NCBI GenBank assembly: GCA_045803545.1
Contig: JBJMOW010000006.1
Span: 64,001-128,000 of the forward strand
DNA: 64,000 bases
Direction of reading: 5' to 3'
DNA from: Gemmatimonadaceae bacterium
Lineage (GTDB): Bacteria > Gemmatimonadota > Gemmatimonadetes > Gemmatimonadales > Gemmatimonadaceae
The notes under the pieces are model-generated. The model was not told the origin of the DNA. It did no database searches and worked only from the letters and a program-made list of their open reading frames with translations. Position 1 is the first letter of the stretch, and each line of letters starts with the position of its first letter. The position numbers were made by a program, and so were the translations under genes. Shown here piece after piece: positions 20,540 to 30,081 of this stretch.

Positions 20540-20905
20540 ATGCTGACTGACGAGCACAAAGAACGAATTCGCCACCTCCTGAAACGGAGGATAACTGCTT
20601 CACGAATCGACGCCGACCAGCGAGCGACGATCCGTCAGATATGCGCCGAGATAATGCCTGTCGCCGAGCCAGCAACGCTCCTTCGCACATTCGTCGACGC
20701 GCTCGTCCTGGCGGCGGACACGGAGAGAATTCCTTACGGGGTCGAACGCGATGCGCTGCTTTCACAGCTCGTCGCACTTTTCGTCGATGAGCTCCATGCA
20801 TGTTCCGACGACGGAAATCCTCTGGAGCTTGGACTGCGCCGCGAGACTCCCGCGACCGCTCCGCGCCTCATTCTGGATAGCGATTCGACCAGCACCAGCC
20901 TCTGA
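20540..20905 (+). CDS. Hypothetical helical protein
   Basis: Fills the gap between genes with plausible composition; no recognised motif. Confidence 0.55.
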   Translation: MLTDEHKERIRHLLKRRITASRIDADQRATIRQICAEIMPVAEPATLLRTFVDALVLAADTERIPYGVERDALLSQLVALFVDELHACSDDGNPLELGLRRETPATAPRLILDSDSTSTSL

Positions 20906-21033
20906 GCTGCGGCTGCCCTCGCGCAAACCGCGTCGGGGTTTCGCCTGTTTCTCCTTGCGTAGATCACAACCGAGAGTGACCGTAGTGCAAGCCAGCGGGG
21001 ACGATTTCCCTCCAATCACCAGCGGCGCGCTAC

Positions 21034-23361
21034 GTGGATACCGAGCTCGGCCAGAATCTCCGTGATGCACTAAGCGATCTTTACACCCTCGAGCGCGAAA
21101 TCGTCGGTGCCGGCATGTCGCGAGTCTTCGTCGCCGAGGACCGCGCACTTGGCAGACGCGTCGTCCTCAAGGTTCTGCCGCCGGAGATGGGCGCCGCCGT
21201 TCGGCTGGAGAGATTCCGCCGAGAGATTCAGCTCGCTGCATCGCTGACGCATCCGCACATCATCCCGCTCCTCACGGCGGGCGAGACGCTCGGCCTTCCC
21301 TACTATACTATGCCGTTCGTCGAGGGCGAGTCGCTCAAGGAACGGCTCAAGCGCGATTGGCGGCTGCCGATTCCCGAGGCGGTGAGACTCGCTTGTGAAA
21401 TCGCGCAGGCACTCGACTATGCGCATCGGAGTGGTGTCGTCCACCGCGATATGAAGCCGGGCAACGTGCTGCTCCACGACGGACACGCAATGATCACGGA
21501 CTTCGGTATCGCGCGCGCACTCAACGTCGCTGCCGCAGATCCGAATCTCACCAGCGCCGGCACCGCGATCGGAACGCCGGCGTACATGAGTCCGGAACAA
21601 GGGATGGGCGAGCCCAGCGTCGACGGACGCACCGACATCTACGCGCTGGCCTGCGTGCTGTTCGAGATGCTGTCCGGTAGCGCGCCGTACGTCGGCAGAA
21701 ACGCCCAGCAGGTGATGATGCGCCATTTTGTCGATCCGATTCCCAGCGTGCGACCGGGACGGAACGACATCCCAGTCACGGTCGATGACGCAATAAGGAA
21801 AGCACTCTCGAAACAGCCGGCGGGAAGGTTTGCCTCTGCGGCGGATTTCGCGACGGCTCTCGAAGCTGGACACGTCAACTGGACGTTCACGCCGGACTTG
21901 GGGCTGCCTGCAATAGGGGCCAGCGTATCCGCGTCCAACTCGGGCCCAACCGCAGCGATCAACAAACCGCTGCTCGATCGATTCGTGGCCGTGCTGCCGT
22001 TCGAGAACATGAGCGCCGATCCCGAGAACGAATATTTCTCCGACGGCATCACCGAAGACATCATCACCAATCTTTCGAAGATTCAAACGCTCAAGGTGAT
22101 GTCGCGCACTTCAACGGCGCCGTACAAGAAGCACGGTAAGAACGTTCGCGAGATCGGGCGAGAGCTCGGTGTCTCACACGTGCTCGAGGGGAGCGTTCGC
22201 CGAGCGGGCAACAAGGTGCGCGTCACCGCGCAGCTGATCGATACGGAGACCGATCACCACCTTTGGGCAAAAACGTGGGACCGCGAGCTGGACGACATCT
22301 TCGCCGTGCAGACCGACGTCGCCGAGTGTGTCGCGCACTGCATGCGCGCGAAGCTGAGTCCGACAGACGCGTCGCGCCTCGCGAAGAAGCCAACCGAGAA
22401 TATCGAGGCGTACAACCTCTATCTGCTCGGCAGGCATCACTACAACAAAGTCACCCCCGACGATTTCGCCAAGGCAGTCGACTATCTAAAGGAAGCGGCT
22501 GATCTTGATCCCGAGTTCACGACAGCGATTGCATCACTCGCGGAAGCGTATCAGTACCTGGGTATGGGTTATTGGGGCGTGCGACCGCACGACGCGCATC
22601 CCGAGGCATTCAAGCTCGCCACCAAAGCCGCCGAGCTCGATCCGACCAATGGAAGTGCGCACGCGTCGTTAGGTCTGTACTACGACTGGTACCGCTTCGA
22701 TTTCGAGAAAGGAGGAGCTGAGCTCGCGCGAGCGGTCGAGTTGTACCCGAGCGGATCGATGCTGCGGATGTACTACGCGATGCACCTCTGCGCGGTTGGC
22801 AAGTTCGACGAAGCCATGGTCCACCGCGACATCGCGTGTCAGCTGGATCCAAGTGCGATGGCAATCCGCGGTAACGCGACCTGGGTGCTCTACCTCGCGC
22901 GTCGAATGGAGCAGGCGATCGAAGAGTGTCGCAACATTCGCCAGATCGATCCGATGTCTTCCTACGCCGCGTTCTCGCATGGACTCGTCTGCGCTCAAGG
23001 CGGCGACAAGCGCGAAGGAATTCAGGCATTCCGCGATGCGGCGCGACTCGGCGAAGGAATCACGTTGTACCAGGTCAGTCTCGCCTACGGTCTCGCTGCT
23101 GGTGGTGAGCATGCCGAGGCGAGTGAGCTACTGGACAGACTCGAGAACCTGTCGCAGAAAGAATTCGTCTGGCCGATGGGAATGGGGATGGCTTACGCGC
23201 ACCTCGGTCAGGAGTCCAAGGCAATGGACTGGCTGGAAAAGGCGTACGACGAGCGAGTCGGCTACATGCTGATGATCACGCAGGAGCCGGCGCTCGACAT
23301 CTTGAGATCGTCATCACGCTTCCAGACTCTCGCGCAGAGAATCGGGCCGAACACAGCCTGA
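21034..23361 (+). CDS. Ser/Thr kinase with TolB-N-like domain and TPR repeats (paralog of 3974-6277)
   Basis: HRDMKPGN, DFG, YMSPE, VAVLPFENMS...YFSDGITEDII and TPRs. Confidence 0.92.
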   Translation: MDTELGQNLRDALSDLYTLEREIVGAGMSRVFVAEDRALGRRVVLKVLPPEMGAAVRLERFRREIQLAASLTHPHIIPLLTAGETLGLPYYTMPFVEGESLKERLKRDWRLPIPEAVRLACEIAQALDYAHRSGVVHRDMKPGNVLLHDGHAMITDFGIARALNVAAADPNLTSAGTAIGTPAYMSPEQGMGEPSVDGRTDIYALACVLFEMLSGSAPYVGRNAQQVMMRHFVDPIPSVRPGRNDIPVTVDDAIRKALSKQPAGRFASAADFATALEAGHVNWTFTPDLGLPAIGASVSASNSGPTAAINKPLLDRFVAVLPFENMSADPENEYFSDGITEDIITNLSKIQTLKVMSRTSTAPYKKHGKNVREIGRELGVSHVLEGSVRRAGNKVRVTAQLIDTETDHHLWAKTWDRELDDIFAVQTDVAECVAHCMRAKLSPTDASRLAKKPTENIEAYNLYLLGRHHYNKVTPDDFAKAVDYLKEAADLDPEFTTAIASLAEAYQYLGMGYWGVRPHDAHPEAFKLATKAAELDPTNGSAHASLGLYYDWYRFDFEKGGAELARAVELYPSGSMLRMYYAMHLCAVGKFDEAMVHRDIACQLDPSAMAIRGNATWVLYLARRMEQAIEECRNIRQIDPMSSYAAFSHGLVCAQGGDKREGIQAFRDAARLGEGITLYQVSLAYGLAAGGEHAEASELLDRLENLSQKEFVWPMGMGMAYAHLGQESKAMDWLEKAYDERVGYMLMITQEPALDILRSSSRFQTLAQRIGPNTA

Positions 23362-23388
23362 TCGAGGCTTGAGTCGCCTTTTTTGCCA

Positions 23389-23432
23389 TTGACAGGATAA
23401 GTGCCGTCTGTAATACTAAACCATATGGTTTA
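23389..23432 (+). promoter_or_regulatory. Sigma70-type promoter and palindromic operator of the ArsR-SRPBCC operon
   Basis: TTGACA (23389-23394)-N17-AATACT, plus the perfect 16-bp palindrome TAAACCATATGGTTTA (23417-23432) overlapping the ATG. Confidence 0.75.
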
Positions 23433-23865
23433 CTCTTCTCCGGCACTCGACAGCACGTTTGCAGCGTTGGCCGACCCGACCCGTCGCGAGATCCTCGCCC
23501 GGCTGTCGAGAGGAGAAGAGTCCATTAGCGAGCTCGCCTCTCGCTTCGACATGTCTCTGCCCGCTGTCTCCAAGCACGTCCGCGTGCTCCAGGCAGCAGG
23601 ACTGGCGAATGTGGCAAAGGAGGGGCGCGTCCGCCGTGCGACATTGACACCAAAGCCGATGGAGCAGGCGCTCAATTGGATCGACCACTACCGTCGATTC
23701 TGGGAGTCCGAGCTCGATGCGCTCGCCCGTTATCTCGAAAACCCATCAGCAACGGAGCAATCATGGCAACCGAAACCGCGACAGCAACCAGTCTCCAGGT
23801 CCGCCGAGTCATCAAGGCACCGCGCCAGCGCGTCTTCGAGGCGTGGACGAAAGCGGACGAACTGA
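23425..23865 (+). CDS. ArsR/SmtB family transcriptional regulator
   Basis: FAALADPTRREIL...MSLPAVSKHVRVLQAAGL. Confidence 0.92.
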   Translation: MVYSSPALDSTFAALADPTRREILARLSRGEESISELASRFDMSLPAVSKHVRVLQAAGLANVAKEGRVRRATLTPKPMEQALNWIDHYRRFWESELDALARYLENPSATEQSWQPKPRQQPVSRSAESSRHRASASSRRGRKRTN

Positions 23866-24203
23866 AACGCTGGCACGCGCCCGGACCACTAACGGTATCC
23901 CTCGCCGAAATCGACGCGCGGCCCGGCGGCAAATACCGGATCCACATGCAGCAGCCTGACGGGGTCGAGCACAAAGTGAGCGGCGTCTATCGCGAAGTCG
24001 ATCCGCCCAAGCGTCTCGTCTACACCTGGGGCTGGGATGGGAATCACCCCGTGAAAAACAGCGTCGTCACCATCGACTTCATCGACCGCGGCAACACGAC
24101 AGAAATCATCCTCACCCACGATGGCTTCCCGTCAACCCAAGAGCGTGACGACCACGAGAAGGGCTGGACGGCGATCCTGGAGAAACTGGAGGCAGCCTTC
24201 TAG
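23763..24203 (+). CDS. SRPBCC/AHSA1 domain protein
   Basis: APRQRVFEAWT, GVYREVDPPKRLVYTW and HEKGWTAILEKL; GGAG RBS. Confidence 0.92.
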   Translation: MATETATATSLQVRRVIKAPRQRVFEAWTKADELKRWHAPGPLTVSLAEIDARPGGKYRIHMQQPDGVEHKVSGVYREVDPPKRLVYTWGWDGNHPVKNSVVTIDFIDRGNTTEIILTHDGFPSTQERDDHEKGWTAILEKLEAAF

Positions 24204-24268
24204 AAACGCCGCTCCTTGCGGCTGCGCGGATTCTGCACGACCATACATGTCAACTTTTCCCTGCCTCG

Positions 24269-24823
24269 ATGACTTTCATCGTGCTGTTGATCATTGTCGT
24301 GGTGGTCGTGCTCGCGCTGGTCGGCCTCTACAACAAGCTCGTCTCATTGCGCGTTCGATCGCAGAACGCGTGGTCGGACATCGACGTTCAGCTCAAGCGC
24401 CGCGCAGATCTCGTTCCGAATCTGGTCAACACCGTGAAGGGCTACGCAGCACACGAGCGCGACACGCTCGAAGCGGTGACCAACGCGCGCACGCGCGCGG
24501 TCGCGGCACAAGGCGCCGGACCCGCCGAGCGCTCGGCGGCCGAAGCGCAGCTGAGTACGGCGCTGCGCGGACTCAGCGTCGCGGTCGAAGCGTATCCGCA
24601 ACTTCAGGCGTCGGGCGGGTTTCGCGATTTGCAGCAGCAACTGGCTTCTATCGAAGATGCGATCCAGAATGCGCGGCGCTACTATAACGCCGTCGTGCGC
24701 GACTTCAACACCGCTGTCTCGACGTTCCCGTCGAACCTGTTCGCGAACTCGATGGGCTACAAGGAGCTCGAGTTCTTCCAGGCCGAAGAAGCCGAGCGAG
24801 CGGTGCCGAAGGTGAGTTTTTGA
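24269..24823 (+). CDS. lemA: LemA family protein
   Basis: N-terminal TM segment; AWSDIDVQLKRRADLVPNLV, VEAYPQL and ARRYYN. Confidence 0.95.
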   Translation: MTFIVLLIIVVVVVLALVGLYNKLVSLRVRSQNAWSDIDVQLKRRADLVPNLVNTVKGYAAHERDTLEAVTNARTRAVAAQGAGPAERSAAEAQLSTALRGLSVAVEAYPQLQASGGFRDLQQQLASIEDAIQNARRYYNAVVRDFNTAVSTFPSNLFANSMGYKELEFFQAEEAERAVPKVSF

Positions 24824-24833
24824 GCGTGCACGC

Positions 24834-24862
24834 AAAAAGAGCTCGGCTCATCGCCGGGCTCT
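24834..24862 (-). terminator. Intrinsic terminator hairpin between convergent genes
   Basis: Stem AGAGCTCGGC/GCCGGGCTCT, with an A5 run that gives a U-tract on the - strand. Confidence 0.6.
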
Positions 24863-24866
24863 CCCG

Positions 24867-25280
24867 CTAGTACGGCCTCGTCCTGCGACCGATTCTGCTG
24901 GTGAGCAGGATCGCCCCACCATTCCGCCCCGTCGGACCAAACTTGGCCGACGCTTCGATCGGAGTCAGGAACTCGATCCCGATCAGATCGATCGCCGAGA
25001 TACGATTGAGCTCGTCGGGTCCGCCCAGTCGAAGCCCATCGAGATAGACCGATGGCTCGAAGAAGAATCCGCCGGCCGGATTCAGCGCCGTCGGACGAAG
25101 CCTGAGAACGGCGTCATATGCGGTGATCGGTCGCACCGCCGAGATCTGGGTCTCGGAAAAACTCGTGAATGACCTTTGCGGAGTCAGGCGAGTGTTCGCT
25201 TGCGGCGCACAGGACAACAGTACTACAACTGCGACGACGGGTGCGGCGAATTGGAGGCCGGTTCGAGCGGAGTACGACAT
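24867..25280 (-). CDS. Small lipoprotein resembling a stand-alone TonB-receptor plug domain
   Basis: Lipobox LLSC; VYLDG...IEFLTPIEASAKFG...GGAILLTS resembles a plug-domain signature; GGAGG RBS. Confidence 0.7.
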   Translation of the reverse strand: MSYSARTGLQFAAPVVAVVVLLSCAPQANTRLTPQRSFTSFSETQISAVRPITAYDAVLRLRPTALNPAGGFFFEPSVYLDGLRLGGPDELNRISAIDLIGIEFLTPIEASAKFGPTGRNGGAILLTSRIGRRTRPY

Positions 25281-25379
25281 GATGCCTCCGGAGGTTGAAC
25301 GCGTTCCTTCCCTTTCGACACAGTGATTCCCCGACTGGTTGAAACGTTGCGGAAGCTTTTTTTGCAAGTCATCGAGTCG

Positions 25380-27221
25380 ATGGACATCTTCTGGCCTTAT
25401 CGACCTGTACGCCCTCCCAAGCGAATGAGTTTCCTGACACCGGCGGCCGCGAGAATTCTCGCGCAAGTTTTACAATGTCAACGCATCGCATGTGTGGTGG
25501 CTCTGCTGTGTTGCGGTCTCGCGAGCTCCGCGACTGCGCAGGCCCACGACATCCGCATTCGGGATTACGGTGCACTGCTCACTGTGCATTCCGATGGAAC
25601 GGTCGACGTCGTCGAGCAGCTGCGCATTCACTTCACTGGCGAATGGCACGGTCTCAATCGCGATCTATCGCTCCAGCAGAACACCTCGCGGGGGCGCAGG
25701 GTCAAACTCGACGTCGAAGACGGGCCCATCACAGATGCGGCCGGCAATCCACTCGTCGTCGAACACCAGAGCCAGGATGGCGGCTGGACGCGGCGGTACC
25801 ACATCTACATCTCGGGCGCGGTTGATACCGATCGAACGATCGTCATCCGCTATCGGCTGAAGAACGCGATTCGTTTCTTCTTCAAATCGAGCAAGGTCGG
25901 CGAGCTCGACGAGCTCTATTGGAACGTCACTGGCAACTCGTGGACGATGTTCATCGACACCGTTCACGCACGCGTCGTTCTCCCCGACGACGTACGGCCA
26001 ACCAGGGTCGCCGTCTACACTGGCCCTCAGGACTCTCGCGCATCAGACGCATCCATCGCTCGTGACGGCAATGAAGTCGAGTTCGACTCGCGTCATCCGC
26101 TCTATCCATACAACGGAATGACGCTCGGTGTCGGCTGGCCACCCGGACACATTGCCGGTCGCCCGAGCGAGGCGCACGAACAGCTGATGGAGATCCTTCG
26201 CTGGGTGCCGCTGTTGATTCCACTACTCGTTTTCTGGTTCGCGTATCGTCGCTGGGACAAATACGGCCGGGATCCGGTCGAAGGATCCTACGTCGTTCGC
26301 TACGAACCCGTGCCGGGCGCAACGCCGGCGGAGCTCGGTACGCTCGTTGACAACAACGCCGACATCCGCGACATCACTGCGACGCTCGTCGACCTCGCGG
26401 TGCGCGGGTACATCCACATCAACGAGCTGACGGAAGAACATCTCTTCGGGCTGACCAGGAGCGCCGACTACTGCTTCGAGATTCTCAAGAAGCGATCGGA
26501 GTGGACCAATCTCAAGTCACACGAGCTGAGTTATCTCGATGCCCTCAGCCAGTGCGCGCCAGCAGACCTGTACAAGGTGAACATGTCCGAGCTCCGGAAT
26601 CACTTCTACAAATTCCTGCCGGAAATCACCAACGCCGTTTATGACGAGCTGGTGCAGTCAGGCTATTACGTCGAGCGTCCGGATCGCGCGAGGGCAAAGG
26701 CGTGGGGCATCGCCGTTCTGGTGAGTTTTGTGCTGGGCGGGCTCACCATATTGTCGCTCAGTCGTGGATTCTCGCTATTCGCGCCTGCCTCGCTGGTGTT
26801 TGCGACGGCGATCAGCTTCATAATCCTGGTTGTTTTCGCGCAACTGATGCCAGCCCGCACCACCGAGGGTGCGCGTGCGCGTGAAGCAGGACTCGGCTTC
26901 AAGGAATTTCTTTCGCGCGTTGAAGAAGATCGTTACAAGCGGATGATCACTTCGCCGGAGTTGTTCGAGAAGTACCTGCCCTACGCGATGGCGTTCGAAG
27001 TTGAAGAGAAATGGGCGAATGCGTTCAAGGACATCTATAACGAGGCGCCAAACTGGTACACGGGCACCGGTCGCTTCGACGCTGTGAGCTTCGGTCACAG
27101 CATCAGCACCATGTCGAATGCGGCGGCAAGCAGTATGTCGTCGAGTCCGTCATCATCGGGATCCGGCGGCGGTGGATCGAGTGGCGGCGGAAGCGGTGGT
27201 GGCGGCGGAAGCGGATTTTGA
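25380..27221 (+). CDS. DUF2207 family membrane protein (copy 2)
   Basis: Same motifs as 16698-18461; lies near lemA, its usual partner. Confidence 0.9.
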   Translation: MDIFWPYRPVRPPKRMSFLTPAAARILAQVLQCQRIACVVALLCCGLASSATAQAHDIRIRDYGALLTVHSDGTVDVVEQLRIHFTGEWHGLNRDLSLQQNTSRGRRVKLDVEDGPITDAAGNPLVVEHQSQDGGWTRRYHIYISGAVDTDRTIVIRYRLKNAIRFFFKSSKVGELDELYWNVTGNSWTMFIDTVHARVVLPDDVRPTRVAVYTGPQDSRASDASIARDGNEVEFDSRHPLYPYNGMTLGVGWPPGHIAGRPSEAHEQLMEILRWVPLLIPLLVFWFAYRRWDKYGRDPVEGSYVVRYEPVPGATPAELGTLVDNNADIRDITATLVDLAVRGYIHINELTEEHLFGLTRSADYCFEILKKRSEWTNLKSHELSYLDALSQCAPADLYKVNMSELRNHFYKFLPEITNAVYDELVQSGYYVERPDRARAKAWGIAVLVSFVLGGLTILSLSRGFSLFAPASLVFATAISFIILVVFAQLMPARTTEGARAREAGLGFKEFLSRVEEDRYKRMITSPELFEKYLPYAMAFEVEEKWANAFKDIYNEAPNWYTGTGRFDAVSFGHSISTMSNAAASSMSSSPSSSGSGGGGSSGGGSGGGGGSGF

Positions 27222-27264
27222 GCGGGAAGCGGGAAGCGGGAAGCGGGAAGCGGGAAGCGGACGG
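27222..27264 (+). repeat. Heptamer tandem repeat (GGGAAGC)x5
   Basis: Read directly; fills the whole gap between two convergent stop codons. Confidence 0.95.
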
Positions 27265-28143
27265 TTACTTTCGCGCCGCAGCAAGCGCGTTGGCGAATTC
27301 GCCGGCGCTGGCGAAACGATCGGCGCGCGCTTTTGACAATGACTTCATGATCGCGGCGTCCGCGCGCACCGGCACATCAGGCCTTACCTCGGTCACCGGC
27401 TTCGGCGTTTCCTTGTTGTGCTTCGCGAAAATCTCGAGGTAAGTGCGGCCGGTGAACGGCGGCCTGCCGGCCAGCAGCTCGTACGTCACACAGCCGAGTG
27501 AATAGACGTCGCTTCGCTGATCGAGATTGCCCTGCGCGCCGATCTGTTCGGGACTCATGTACTCGGGCGTACCTACTGAAACACCGGTGACAGTGATCTG
27601 AGTCGACTGCTCGCCGGTGATCGCGCGGGAGATGCCAAAGTCAGCAAGAATCACCGAGCCCTCGGGCAACAGAATATTTGCCGGCTTGATGTCGCGATGG
27701 ATTACGCCCCGGCTGTGTGCGTAATCGAGGGCGCTGGCGATGTGCTGCACGATCGCAATGACAGCGTTCACCGGCAGCTGTCTTTCGCGACGCAGTCTCG
27801 ATCGCAGGGTCTCGCCGTTCACAAATGGTGTCACCATGAACAGGCCGTGATGTTCGAGCGTGCCGTGATCGAGCAACCGCAGGATGTTGGGATGCTCCAG
27901 GCTGCTGAGGATCTCGACTTCACGTTCAAATCGCTTCTCGCCGACCACGGTCGCCACTTCCGGCCGCAGGATTTTCACCGCGACCTGCGTGTTGGAGTCT
28001 CGATCGTCGGCCAGGATCACATACGCAGCGCTGCCCTTCCCGATCAGCGATTTGAAAGCATAGCGTTGCGGCAGCGCCGCGACGAAACGTTGGATACGAC
28101 CGGGCGGTTTTTGGATCGGGAACCTTGAGGGGCTGGAATGCAT
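27265..28143 (-). CDS. Ser/Thr kinase, catalytic domain only
   Basis: IGKGSAA, VAVK, HRDIKPAN, DFG and YMSPE; ends right after the kinase domain. Confidence 0.92.
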   Translation of the reverse strand: MHSSPSRFPIQKPPGRIQRFVAALPQRYAFKSLIGKGSAAYVILADDRDSNTQVAVKILRPEVATVVGEKRFEREVEILSSLEHPNILRLLDHGTLEHHGLFMVTPFVNGETLRSRLRRERQLPVNAVIAIVQHIASALDYAHSRGVIHRDIKPANILLPEGSVILADFGISRAITGEQSTQITVTGVSVGTPEYMSPEQIGAQGNLDQRSDVYSLGCVTYELLAGRPPFTGRTYLEIFAKHNKETPKPVTEVRPDVPVRADAAIMKSLSKARADRFASAGEFANALAAARK

Positions 28144-28218
28144 GTAATATGGCCATAAGGCGACCTGCAGCCATGTTGGTTGCAGCCCCTGCTTCTAGCT
28201 ACTCGACTGGACATCCAT

Positions 28219-28254
28219 AAAAAAAAGGCCGGCCGAGGCGCCGCCCTTTTTTTT
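28219..28254. terminator. Intrinsic terminator (A8 - GC hairpin - T8)
   Basis: AAAAAAAAGGCCGGCCGAGGCGCCGCCCTTTTTTTT, just after the stop of the 28260-29165 kinase. Confidence 0.7.
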
Positions 28255-28259
28255 ATTCG

Positions 28260-29165
28260 CTAGCTCCGGGCACCAGCGTCGAGTGCATCGAAGAATTCGC
28301 CAGCACTGCGATAGCGATGCGAGCGAACCTTGGCCAGCGATTTCATGACAACTCCGTCCACGCGCCTCGGCAGCTCTGGCCGCACTGTTCTCATCGACCG
28401 CGGCGCCTCGGCGCAGTGTCGAGCGAGGATGGCCTGCTCCGACGGGCCAGTGAACGGTGGGTCGCCAGTGAGCATCTCGTAGACGACGCAGCCGAATGCG
28501 TAGACGTCGGTCCGCTGATCGAGCTCACGTACGGCGCTGCACTGCTCCGGACTCATATACTGCGCGGTGCCCAGCGACACGCCGGAGATCGTGATGGCAT
28601 CGTCGCGTTTGACGGCCACCGCCCGCGCAATTCCGAAGTCGGCGACGACCGCCTGATTGCCGCTAAGCAGAATGTTGGCGGGCTTGATGTCGCGGTGGAT
28701 CAGCCCGCGCGAGTGCGCGTAGTCCAGCGCTGCCGCAACATCACTGGCGATCGACACGGTGTCCGCCAGCGTCAATCGTTGCTCGCGGCGAATCTTCATT
28801 TCGAGAGTGTCGCCCTCGACGTAGGGCGTGGTAAAGAAAACCTGACCGGAAACGGTGCCCGAGTCGAGCATCGGCAGCACGTTCGGATGTTGCAGTTTGT
28901 GGATGATGTCGATCTCACGCAGGAAGCGCTTTCGTCCGATCGCGGTGGTGACTTCCGGTCGCAAAATCTTTATCGCGACGAGGTGTTTTCGCTCGCTGTC
29001 GTGAACGAGGAAGACATGCGCGGCACCGCCTGCACCGATTTCGCTACGAAACTCGTAACGACTGGGGAGCGCGGCGACGAGGCGCTGCATGGTGGCCGCG
29101 CGTAAAGACGTGGTGCCGCGTCTACTGCTGCTGCTTTCTGACCCGGATCGTTGACTCTGCAACAC
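28260..29165 (-). CDS. Ser/Thr kinase, catalytic domain only (tandem paralog)
   Basis: IGAGGAA, VAIK, HRDIKPAN, DFG and YMSPE. Start is uncertain. Confidence 0.92.
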   Translation of the reverse strand: MLQSQRSGSESSSSRRGTTSLRAATMQRLVAALPSRYEFRSEIGAGGAAHVFLVHDSERKHLVAIKILRPEVTTAIGRKRFLREIDIIHKLQHPNVLPMLDSGTVSGQVFFTTPYVEGDTLEMKIRREQRLTLADTVSIASDVAAALDYAHSRGLIHRDIKPANILLSGNQAVVADFGIARAVAVKRDDAITISGVSLGTAQYMSPEQCSAVRELDQRTDVYAFGCVVYEMLTGDPPFTGPSEQAILARHCAEAPRSMRTVRPELPRRVDGVVMKSLAKVRSHRYRSAGEFFDALDAGARS

Positions 29166-29399
29166 GATCCACCCCCGGAGACTCTACGACCTGAGTATAG
29201 GGAGATGTCGGGAGGAGTGTTAGTGGCAGCAACTTTTCGCCCGTACTTGTCGTAATTTATTAGTACAACTCGTCGGGGTCTCACTCAGCGCGCGAATATC
29301 GATCTCCCAGGGGAATGGCCCCTGGCGAATCGTGATTTATGTTTTGGCTTGCGTTCCTGATTTGGAAAACGAGACAGCCAGGCGGCATCCCAGCCAATA

Positions 29400-29687
29400 G
29401 TGTCCAGCGTAAAAATCAGCATTCCAATGATCGCGACTGGCCCGGTGCCTCCGTCGCAGATCGTCCGTGAATTTCAGGGCGCGCTTCCAACGGTTGGCGC
29501 GATCGCCTTTATCGCCCACATCATCCGCGAAGGACTGGAGAGCGTCGATTATACGGACTTCAGAAGCCTGACCGCGTTGTCGGACGATTATCTCGTTCAG
29601 CAGGCCAACCTCGCGAAGGCCGTTCCGAACGATGTCTGGATTCGGAACGGGTTTTACCCGCTAGGCGAATGGCAGTCGAGCGACTAG
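29400..29687 (+). CDS. Hypothetical protein
   Basis: Short ORF in a gap with a convergent stop overlap; no motif. Confidence 0.4.
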   Translation: MSSVKISIPMIATGPVPPSQIVREFQGALPTVGAIAFIAHIIREGLESVDYTDFRSLTALSDDYLVQQANLAKAVPNDVWIRNGFYPLGEWQSSD

Positions 29688-29983
29688 CTCGGAAATGCTT
29701 CGCGCTCCCGTGCGGTAGCAGCCGTCGGCACCAGCGCTCGCTCGAGAGCGCCCATCAGGTAGACACGCGACAGACCCTGCGCCCAGTACATCACCGCGTC
29801 ACGATTCGGCTGGGTGGTCTCACGTCCGGACGACACTGACTCACCGCCGTCCCTCGCTGGCGTAAAAACCAACCAGCCTTCCCAGAGATTGTCATCCCGC
29901 CGGCACGTCATTGCCTGCACGACGTACGGCGTCCCATCACGTCGCGGGATTGGCTGGTCGAACCTTACCAGGGTCTCTGTCAT
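29684..29983 (-). CDS. Conserved-looking hypothetical protein
   Basis: GGAGG RBS; WEGWLVF...RETTQPNR...YWAQGLSRVYLMGALERAL. Confidence 0.75.
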   Translation of the reverse strand: MTETLVRFDQPIPRRDGTPYVVQAMTCRRDDNLWEGWLVFTPARDGGESVSSGRETTQPNRDAVMYWAQGLSRVYLMGALERALVPTAATAREREAFPS

Positions 29984-30081
29984 CGCAACCTCCGTCAGGG
30001 ACAACGCCCATTTCAGGGCAACCGGCATGCCCCCACAGTTCCCGGGGAACCTTCGGGGCGGCTGTTTTTGTATGATGAGGT

